Shown: positions 18,601 to 25,784 of the stretch, piece by piece
How the letters are laid out: each line of letters opens with the position of its first letter
Position numbering within the stretch: the stretch's first letter is position 1
NCBI GenBank assembly: GCA_963722075.1
Contig: CAVRJM010000001.1
Coordinates: 64,001 to 128,000 of the forward strand
DNA from: Candidatus Babeliales bacterium
GTDB taxonomy: Bacteria; Babelota; Babeliae; Babelales; JANWKD01
DNA: 64,000 nt
Direction of reading: 5' to 3'
Notes under the pieces: generated by a model
Seen by the model: only the letters and a program-made list of their open reading frames with translations
What the model was told of the DNA's origin: nothing
The model's database searches: none
Position numbers and translations under genes: made by a program

Positions 18601-20200
18601 TATTGAGTGTAGTAAACACCCCATTAAATTCGTTAGTAATGTTGTTGCAGCAAGTCGTGAGCGTTGTATTTAATGCACTTAAAACGGTGAAGGTGCTATT
18701 GAACTCAGAACTGATTAAGGTGAAGGTACCGTTAAAGCCGGTATCGATTGCAGTGAAGGTTCCGTTAAATTCATTGGTGATATTAGCACAACATGCAGTA
18801 AGTGTATTGTTCAGATCTTCAATTATAGTGAAAGCACCTACCAAGTCAGCAAGTTGTGTGGTTAATGTTTCAGTAACTTCTAGTAGTGCAGAAATAGTAA
18901 TAATCAGGCCTGACGTACTTTCAACGAGTTCATCTACTGCTTCTACTAAAATAGAGGTGGTAACTTCTAAGGTAGCAACCAATGTACTAAATGTTTGAAT
19001 AACGCTACAGCAACTAGTTAATGTATTTTCAATATCATTGAGTGTGGTAAAGGTGCCATTAAAATTGTTTTCTGTTTGGGCACAGCAGGTGGTTAACGTA
19101 GTCTCGATATCATTAAGTACCGTAAATACCCCAGAAAAATCAACCGTTGCAGTTATCATGATATTATCAAGTACGGTGAAGACGCCATTAAATTCATTAG
19201 TGATGTTAGCACAACAGGTAGTGAGCGTACTTTCAATATCATTTAAGACGGTAAAAGTTCCATTGAAATTATTTTGAGTTTGAGCACAGCAGGTGGTTAA
19301 TGTAGTCTCGATATCATTAAGTACCGTGAATACCCCAGTAAAATCAACCGTTGCAGTTATCACGATATTATCAAGTACGGTGAAAACGCCATTAAATTCA
19401 TTAGTGATGTTAGCACAACAGGTAGTGAGCGTACTTTCAATATCATTTAAGACGGTAAAAGTTCCATTGAAATCATTAGTAAGATAAGCGCAACATGTTG
19501 TAAGGGTATTATTAATATCAGTTAGCGTAGTAAACACACCCGAAAAATCAACTGTTGTTGTTATTTGAAGATTATTAAGAACAGTAAAAACGCCATTGAA
19601 ATCATTAATTAAGGTATCGCAACAATTTATTTGGTTTTGACAACATTCTTGAATGAATATTTGTAATGATTTTAATGCATCTAAAATGGTAGCTAATTCT
19701 AATGACTGAGGCCCTACAATTGCATTTTCAGTTCCGATAGGGCGTGGTGCTCGGTTAAGAATGGCTATTGTTGCCGGATCCGTGAGCTTTTTTATAATGA
19801 AAGGTAATGCTTGATTTAAATCGATAATATCCACATGTGATAGGCCATTTTGAACAGCTTTACAACAATTAATAAATTCTTGTGGTATTTCTTCTAATGA
19901 ATTAGTTTCAACACAACTTTCAATGATTAAAGTGAGGAGCTCGGTAAAATTGATGCCGTCAATATTTTCTGGGTTAACATCAAAATAGCGATGGAAATCA
20001 GTACAGCATTCTTTTAGATCTTGGTTATACGCTATTTTATGCGATGTAGGTGATGGGTCCTGTGCATGATGGCTATGGGTGATCTGCTCTGTATAATTAA
20101 TATTTGATATGCTTTGCAATGCGCATATATAAGGGTTAGTAAATAATATAAGAGATAGAATAATGTGTATATAATCATTATTTTTTTTGAAAAGCTTCAT
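15698..20200 (-). CDS. Cys-Cys repeat fibre protein C (~1500 aa) with type 1 head
   Basis: Intact ORF, AAGGAA RBS before ATG 20200. Signal peptide, N-domain, ~930-aa stalk with 354-bp tandem units, head ending WEEQF. Confidence 0.88.
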   Translation of the reverse strand: MKLFKKNNDYIHIILSLILFTNPYICALQSISNINYTEQITHSHHAQDPSPTSHKIAYNQDLKECCTDFHRYFDVNPENIDGINFTELLTLIIESCVETNSLEEIPQEFINCCKAVQNGLSHVDIIDLNQALPFIIKKLTDPATIAILNRAPRPIGTENAIVGPQSLELATILDALKSLQIFIQECCQNQINCCDTLINDFNGVFTVLNNLQITTTVDFSGVFTTLTDINNTLTTCCAYLTNDFNGTFTVLNDIESTLTTCCANITNEFNGVFTVLDNIVITATVDFTGVFTVLNDIETTLTTCCAQTQNNFNGTFTVLNDIESTLTTCCANITNEFNGVFTVLDNIMITATVDFSGVFTVLNDIETTLTTCCAQTENNFNGTFTTLNDIENTLTSCCSVIQTFSTLVATLEVTTSILVEAVDELVESTSGLIITISALLEVTETLTTQLADLVGAFTIIEDLNNTLTACCANITNEFNGTFTAIDTGFNGTFTLISSEFNSTFTVLSALNTTLTTCCNNITNEFNGVFTTLNNLNVTATVDFSGIFTTLSALNTTLTTCCNNITNEFNGTYTALATGFNSTFTLINSEFNSTFTVLNSITNASNGTFTALNALNTTLTTCCNNITNEFNGTFTALNSIQTTINTDFAGTFTAINALNTEFNSTFTVLSALNTTLTTCCNNITNEFNGTYTALATGFNSTFTLINSEFNSTFTVLNSITNASNGTFTALNALNTTLTTCCNNITNEFNGTFTALNSIQTTINTDFAGTFTAINALNTEFNSTFTALSALNTTLTTCCNTITNEFNGTFTALATGFNSTFTLINSEFNGTFTVLNSITNASNGTFTALNALNTTLTTCCNNITNEFNGTYTALAAGFNGTFTVMSTEFNNVFTTLTALDNDIDNQFKYTFSLISITQESINGTLTAISAVQTTINADFAGTFTAINALNTEFNSTFTALSALNTTLTTCCNNITNEFNGTFTALATGFNSTFTLINSEFNGTFTALNALNTTLTTCCNNITNEFNGTFTALNSIQTTINTDFAGTFTAINALNTEFNSTFTALSALNTTLTTCCNTITNEFNGTYTALATIQSSITNGFNSTFTAINSVITTLTTQPTPFVSIFGDAITENRFDYISVLFEYGVTGYDTTTSTFSSGVVSSASSMATISSGTGTTGYAQLSSKKYLRYRSGHDGYAFFSAMFSGSAANSTQWIGVFDSVDGAAVGFNGTTFSILFRQNSSNTIVGQSSFNMDPLNGTGPSGFVLNPNDLNVFRIDYGWLGAAPIIYQILDTNGSWITFHQINRANIAQTPTFSNPILPISAIVTNTASNSTSPTISTGSWNAGVIGQPSVANSRFFGRSSNQISLTGQTYVFSIQNQTTYQSLPNKVIVRVSFFSGGITTSSAASALFTFFINATNSGTSYIPIGNNSVIAYSVVGTYVSGGSTILFMPVSTSGSGPVSTFIPASEVSILLYPGDTLTIVGETLQGSSIEVIAALSWEEQF
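16880..19630 (-). repeat. Intragenic stalk repeats of fibre C (354-bp higher-order unit = 118 aa)
   Basis: Near-identical blocks offset by 354 nt (17946 vs 18300; 17737 vs 18091). Confidence 0.85.
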
Positions 20201-20236
20201 ATCCAATTCCTTTTTTTTATTTCTTTTTTTATGAAA

Positions 20237-20266
20237 TAATCATATTTTTTATAAAATAACAAGTTT
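20237..20266 (-). promoter_or_regulatory. Conserved upstream motif of fibre gene C
   Basis: Reverse complement AAACTTGTTATTTTATAAAAAATATGATTA. Confidence 0.5.
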
Positions 20267-20338
20267 TATAAGATAGAAATAATTGCGTATAAGCTATTAG
20301 CCTTATATGATAAAGGTAAAGATAAAGGATTAAAGAGA

Positions 20339-22234
20339 ATGAGGCCTCATAAAATCATGCATTACATGCATCGCACGGCTCAACTTGGATTACTAAGAAG
20401 TTGTTTACTTATTGGTAAGCGAATTATGAAAAAATATCAGCATCGTTCATTAAAAGCGAAAGTGCTTGCTAAAAAATCCTTTCATCCATGGTCGTATATA
20501 ATAAAAAAATATAAATATCGTGCTGATTTTAGTTTTTTTTGGAAGGAAAGAAAAAAGAAATTACAGCTAACAGTTGCTGATATACAACTATCGGTATCTT
20601 CTGAAGATCTTTTAACCCAAGCGTTTGAAATTACTAATAACAATTTTACAATTTTAGGATCTTCTAAAAGAAGTTTTACTTATTTGCCATGGCATAGTGA
20701 TATTCGCTTAGCCCAAACAGATGAGAAAAATAGTTATTTTGATCGTGAGCTATTTTATAAAGAGATACTTATTACTTATGGCACTGATAAAAATCTCATT
20801 AAAGATATTAAGGTACCGTGGGAATTATCGCGATTACAGCACTTCTTTGTTTTAGGTGCCGCGTACCAAAAAAGAGCGGATAGTGCATATGTAAGAACGT
20901 TTATTGATCATTTTAATGATTGGTATAAAAATAATAGCTTTTTGCTGGGTCCTAACTGGGTATGCCCTATGGATGTTGGTATTAGAGCCGTTAATATAAT
21001 ATGGGCACTTGCATTATTAAAAGATAGTCCTGAATTGTCATTAGATTTTTTACAAACAATAACCGGTAGTTTATATGACCATTTTGTGTATTTAGAACAA
21101 AATTGGGAAAAGTATGATGATTTAAAAACATCCAATCATTATTTATCTGATTTAATTGGTTATTTCTATTTATGTTATTATTTCTCTGATTTTGCCGCCA
21201 TTGCCAAAAAAACACAATGGTGTTATCAAGAATTATTAACAGAATTTGAAAAACAGATTTTTGATGAGGGAACTGATTATGAAGGATCAACTGCGTACCA
21301 TGTATTAATTACCGAAATTTTTTACCATTTTTATATGCTTGGTCAAAAAATGGGTTTTGTTTTTCCTGATTCATTTATCATCAAATTAAAGCGCATGTTT
21401 ACCTTTATTGATTGGTGTAAAGCAGGAAAAGAGGAACCATTATTGCTTATTGGTGATAATGATTCGGGTAAAATTTTATTCTATGGGCTCAGTAGTTCGT
21501 TAATTGAATCAATGAAAGAAGTGGCTACGAATGAAAAAAAAGATTTTCCAGAATTTGGGCTTTCTATTATTAAAAATGAGCGGGTGCATTGTTCATTACG
21601 CCATTATGTATATCAGGAAAAACAGCCTTCTGGCCATTTTCATAATGATGCTGCCAGTATCACTCTTACGGTAAATAATATTCCTCTTTTTATTGATCCT
21701 GGTACGTATGTATACACGCCGTCAGCATGGTGGCGTAATTATTTTAGATCAGTTAAACAACATAATACTTTTTATATTCAAGATACTGAACCGGTTGAAT
21801 TTACTGAACATCTTTTTGAACATAGGATGCCGGCTGCATCCTGCCAATATGAAATTGACAAAATAGATAAGTTAAAAACAGCTCATAATTTATATAAAGA
21901 GCGATATGGATTACGGGCATCTCGGGAAATTAGCTGCTTACAGAATAAAATACAAATAACTGATATTTGGCGTTCTCAGCGCTCAATAGATCCACATCTA
22001 TTTGGTGTATGGAATTTTATGCTTAATCCCGCAATAATTGCTAAAAAAACGATGCATGGATTTAGTTTCATTAATGAAAATCGAGAAATTGCACAATTTA
22101 CTTCAACGCTCGATTTTGTTATTAAAGATGGTTTTATATCATATGCCTACGGTACTAAAGTGCCTACCGTTCGCTTAGAAGCAGTGGTCAACATAATGCA
22201 TGATGATCCGGTGATATCTATTATAGAGTTTTAA
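20339..22234 (+). CDS. Heparinase II/III-family protein
   Basis: DIKVPWELSRLQH, NWVCPMDVGIRAVN, SNHYLSDLIG, EGSTAYH, GHFHND, IDPGTYVY, HNT motifs. Exact start uncertain. Confidence 0.88.
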   Translation: MRPHKIMHYMHRTAQLGLLRSCLLIGKRIMKKYQHRSLKAKVLAKKSFHPWSYIIKKYKYRADFSFFWKERKKKLQLTVADIQLSVSSEDLLTQAFEITNNNFTILGSSKRSFTYLPWHSDIRLAQTDEKNSYFDRELFYKEILITYGTDKNLIKDIKVPWELSRLQHFFVLGAAYQKRADSAYVRTFIDHFNDWYKNNSFLLGPNWVCPMDVGIRAVNIIWALALLKDSPELSLDFLQTITGSLYDHFVYLEQNWEKYDDLKTSNHYLSDLIGYFYLCYYFSDFAAIAKKTQWCYQELLTEFEKQIFDEGTDYEGSTAYHVLITEIFYHFYMLGQKMGFVFPDSFIIKLKRMFTFIDWCKAGKEEPLLLIGDNDSGKILFYGLSSSLIESMKEVATNEKKDFPEFGLSIIKNERVHCSLRHYVYQEKQPSGHFHNDAASITLTVNNIPLFIDPGTYVYTPSAWWRNYFRSVKQHNTFYIQDTEPVEFTEHLFEHRMPAASCQYEIDKIDKLKTAHNLYKERYGLRASREISCLQNKIQITDIWRSQRSIDPHLFGVWNFMLNPAIIAKKTMHGFSFINENREIAQFTSTLDFVIKDGFISYAYGTKVPTVRLEAVVNIMHDDPVISIIEF

Positions 22235-23400
22235 TGGGTGCCATTGCCAACAATAAAATTATTTTCTAGGGCCCAATTATCAATCGCTTCTAAAATCTGC
22301 TTACTGGCTGCATTATTTTTTTGAGTTGCTTTGATGATTGCGTCTTTTAATAGTTGCGGATCTATTGCTTGCGGAAATGTCCATTCGAGTAATAAATGTA
22401 CCAATGGAACATTATTTTCATCGATAGCATAGGTATAGGCAGAATCGCCAAAATTATCATGAATATTAACGTCTGCGCCATTTTCAAGTAATAATTGAGC
22501 CAATGAACGCTGTACGCGATTGGACTGCTCTTTTCGTGCGAGTACCATTAATAGGGGTGCGGAGAACCGAGTATAATTTACATCAGCTCCTGAATCTATT
22601 AATAACTTAATTAATTTTAATGAAGGGATTTTATTTTCACTTGCAAAAATTGAAATAAGCGTATACAGCATTATTGATAAATCATGAATGGGGAGTGCAT
22701 TCAATTTTATCCCTAATACTATTTTTTTATATAAATCATTAACCAGAGATGGATATAAACTTATTGCAGAAAAATATTCTATATAATGGTCTGGATTATC
22801 ATAGGTTAATAATACTTGTAACATTTGTTCACTTGAGGGCTTTAATACCGATTGAATTAAGGTATTTATTGAAGAAATATAAAAATGGGAATTCTTTAAT
22901 TTATATAATAGGCTTTGTGTAGTAATAATATCATTATTTTTAACTGAATTAATTAATTGCTCAAATAATTCTTTTACCCGTTCAAACAATCCAATAAATA
23001 ATGGGTCAATTTTTTTATGCATCAACTCATTAATAATATCATCGACAATATATGAAGCGGGTAATCGACGTGCAATTTTAAGTGCAAGCGAATTTAAAAA
23101 AAGGTCATTTCGTAATGCAAAATAATATTGCTCATTTACCGTAGATAATCTCGAAAAATCTTTAATAAAATCAAGATATTGTTTTTTTAGATTGGTGATG
23201 GTTTCATGAATAGCTAATTGGGTTTCTCTTTTTTTGAATGGTAATCTAACTTTTGGTGGCAAAAGATGTTTTACAACCTTAAGAATAAGTTCCAAAGGAA
23301 GTTTTTCCAGTGATGCTTTTTCAGGCTCACGAGATTCCATTGCAAATAATTTTAATGGCAATAATAGTAGAATAAGAATAAAAATAGATAATTTTTTCAT
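22231..23400 (-). CDS. Secreted F-box-like plus ankyrin repeat protein
   Basis: Signal peptide ending KLFA-MES; SLEKLPLELILKVVKHL; ankyrin repeats (LLIDSGADVN, LLLENGADVNIHDNFGDSAY). Confidence 0.8.
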   Translation of the reverse strand: MKKLSIFILILLLLPLKLFAMESREPEKASLEKLPLELILKVVKHLLPPKVRLPFKKRETQLAIHETITNLKKQYLDFIKDFSRLSTVNEQYYFALRNDLFLNSLALKIARRLPASYIVDDIINELMHKKIDPLFIGLFERVKELFEQLINSVKNNDIITTQSLLYKLKNSHFYISSINTLIQSVLKPSSEQMLQVLLTYDNPDHYIEYFSAISLYPSLVNDLYKKIVLGIKLNALPIHDLSIMLYTLISIFASENKIPSLKLIKLLIDSGADVNYTRFSAPLLMVLARKEQSNRVQRSLAQLLLENGADVNIHDNFGDSAYTYAIDENNVPLVHLLLEWTFPQAIDPQLLKDAIIKATQKNNAASKQILEAIDNWALENNFIVGNGTH

Positions 23401-23532
23401 GATTTCTCCAATTTAATATATTATAATTGTAATTAAATTATTGATACAAAATCAACAAATAGAATACCAAAAGAACGTAAAACTTATATTGGTAAAGGTG
23501 AAATCAAGTTATATAGTATCTAAGTCGTTTTT

Positions 23533-23817
23533 TTATTTCTTCCATACAATTCCTTCCTGCAAAATGGTAGTATGTAGGTCATCTGGAATGGTATTCATAT
23601 CAACCACATCAATCATTAAAGGCAAATTTAATCCTTCTAAGACATTTCTTGCTTTACTTATTTCTAAAAAATTAAGCTTTTTGCCTGTATCAATTGCTAG
23701 GTCAGTATCTGAAAATGGCTTAGCCGTACCTCGGGCACGCGAACCAAAAAGGTAGATTTTTACACCAGGAAATAAAGCATCGAGTAATCGGATTATTATT
23801 TCTTGTTCTTTAATCAT
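23533..23817 (-). CDS. Minimal nucleotidyltransferase (MNT antitoxin-like)
   Basis: IYLFGSRARG...SDTDLAID...IDVVD motifs, 94 aa. Confidence 0.9.
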   Translation of the reverse strand: MIKEQEIIIRLLDALFPGVKIYLFGSRARGTAKPFSDTDLAIDTGKKLNFLEISKARNVLEGLNLPLMIDVVDMNTIPDDLHTTILQEGIVWKK

Positions 23818-23890
23818 TTTAGTTATTAATCTTTGTAACTTATAACATTATAATTACTAAATATAACATTTATATGGCAAGGAAACTATT

Positions 23891-24571
23891 ATGAATAAAA
23901 TGTTTTTAGTACTGATTTTTGTTATTCCATTTTATGCTAAAGGAATGGAACGACAATATAATAACTCAGAAAAAGAAATAGTAAGGCAACTAGTTAAAAC
24001 GCCGGGAGGGTTTGCCCAGCGATGTGCTGAGGTATCTATGGAAGCTCAAGCAAAGCAAGCTGCAATTGAAGAGAGAAGACGAAAAGAAAATGAAGATATT
24101 GATGGTCTTATTGCCCATACGTTAGCAGATCGCGGCTATATTATAAGGCCAAAATATTATAATGATTCATATGCAAGATTAATGTATGAAAGCATAACTT
24201 TATACGAAAATTTTGAAGGAACGGTAAAATATATCGATTTTTCAGGAATTTATCGAATGTATTTGTTACGAGATTTAATTAAGGATCAGCTTAATCGCTC
24301 CGAAAGTTTAGCAGAACTCTTATTTAGCACCTGTGATTTAAATAATCGCGGTAAAAAACAATTTACCGGCCCCAATGTAGATTTACTGGCAATAATATTA
24401 GAAAATTGTGTTATTAACAAAGACCAAGAAGGGAATAATGTTGTTGATACGAGTAATTTGTTAAAAAATACTGGCTTGATAAATCATTTCTATGCAGCAT
24501 TGGGGTATACCTCGCTAGGAATTGGGTTGACGGTTGCTGGGTATTATTTAGCAAAATTGATTCAGAAGTAG
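23891..24571 (+). CDS. Hypothetical secreted protein with C-terminal transmembrane helix
   Basis: Signal peptide ending AKG-MER; C-terminal ALGYTSLGIGLTVAGYYLAKL. Confidence 0.75.
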   Translation: MNKMFLVLIFVIPFYAKGMERQYNNSEKEIVRQLVKTPGGFAQRCAEVSMEAQAKQAAIEERRRKENEDIDGLIAHTLADRGYIIRPKYYNDSYARLMYESITLYENFEGTVKYIDFSGIYRMYLLRDLIKDQLNRSESLAELLFSTCDLNNRGKKQFTGPNVDLLAIILENCVINKDQEGNNVVDTSNLLKNTGLINHFYAALGYTSLGIGLTVAGYYLAKLIQK

Positions 24572-24586
24572 GTCTTATTTTATTAA

Positions 24587-24615
24587 TGGATCCCCACGCT
24601 ACGCTCGGGACGACA
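24587..24615 (-). repeat. YGTC...CCA REP-like element overlapping the tilS 3' end
   Basis: Reverse complement TGTCGTCCCGAGCGTAGCGTGGGGATCCA; contains the tilS TAG. Confidence 0.85.
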
Positions 24616-25588
24616 TAGTGGATAATCTCTTAATACTAACCAATCCCTGTTTCTTAACAATCGCCCATTGTTGATGCAAGGTATGCTGATTACTTTTCTT
24701 TTGTACTAAAAACCGTTGAATTTCTTTTAATAATTTTTCAGTAAGTTCAAAAGGCACTTGCTCTTGAATGAGCCAATATAATAAAACTCTTTTTTGTAGA
24801 AAGTTATCTAATGCTAATAATGATTGCAGATTAAGATACGGTATACCTTCGTTATCCATTATTATTTTTGTGTAAGTATCAAGCGTTAGCTTATATAAAA
24901 AGTCATCCGTTTCTTGTAATGAATGGATTGTTCGTAAAAAGTTAGCATCAAAACGCACATCAGTTTCTTGTAACGCAGGTAATACTTTCATGCGGATGCG
25001 ATTGCGTAAATAATCTAATGAGCAGTTAGTGGGGTCCGTAAGATATTCAATAGAATTATTCTGTAAATATTGCACAATATCAGTTTTATTGGTTTCTAAC
25101 AGTGGTCTAATATACAAGCCTGCTTTGGGGCGCATACTGGTAAGGCCAGAAAGGGTGGTACCACGAATAAGGCGAATAAAAAATGTTTCTTCTTGATCTT
25201 GTAAATGATGCCCCAATGCAATAGCGTTGGCATTATATGCTTGTGCAGCTTCTTCTAAAAAGGTGCGGCGCAATATTCTCCCCATTTCTTCTTTGGAACC
25301 AGTTTTTTTAATGGTTATATTTAATTGAGATGCCTTTTTACTGATAAAAGGAATATCAAGCTGTGCGCATAATTGGGTACAAAAAATAACATCTTGGGCA
25401 GAATTTGAGCGCCATTCATGATCTAAGTGCGCAGCAATAAGCTTTAGATTATAAGAATCTTTTAAATAATGAAGTATATAAGTCAAAAAAACAGAGTCAG
25501 GGCCGCCAGAAAGACCAATAATAATGGTACTTGAGGGGGTAATGAGCTGGTGCTTTTTGATAAATGAATTAATTGAATCGATAATCAT
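24599..25588 (-). CDS. tilS: tRNA(Ile)-lysidine synthase
   Basis: GLSGGPDS PP-loop, AHLDH, ALGHHLQDQEET, IRPLL, DPTN...RNRIR. Confidence 0.96.
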   Translation of the reverse strand: MIIDSINSFIKKHQLITPSSTIIIGLSGGPDSVFLTYILHYLKDSYNLKLIAAHLDHEWRSNSAQDVIFCTQLCAQLDIPFISKKASQLNITIKKTGSKEEMGRILRRTFLEEAAQAYNANAIALGHHLQDQEETFFIRLIRGTTLSGLTSMRPKAGLYIRPLLETNKTDIVQYLQNNSIEYLTDPTNCSLDYLRNRIRMKVLPALQETDVRFDANFLRTIHSLQETDDFLYKLTLDTYTKIIMDNEGIPYLNLQSLLALDNFLQKRVLLYWLIQEQVPFELTEKLLKEIQRFLVQKKSNQHTLHQQWAIVKKQGLVSIKRLSTMSSRA

Positions 25589-25784
25589 ACATAAATAAGC
25601 ATACCAAAAAATTATATTTTTGAAATAATTTTTTTAGAAAACAAAAGGCATCATTTCATTCTAAAAGGTAATTCTTGTTTTCATAAATCTCATTTGAGTA
25701 GAATAAACCATAAGGGATAAAAAATGTTCAATCTATTTAATAGGATAATAGATTGCTCCAGTTCAATTAATTCAGGGGGCCTTA

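Noticed and set aside
4912..19487. Many long plus-strand ORFs (VKVPLNSLV... repeats) antisense to the fibre genes
   Set aside because: They mirror the repetitive minus-strand codons and have no RBS, signal peptide or independent domain.
4915..19630. Tandem repeats as a CRISPR array
   Set aside because: Repeats are in-frame coding units without unique spacers; no cas genes.
23441..23755. 104-aa plus-strand ORF
   Set aside because: Antisense shadow of the MNT gene.
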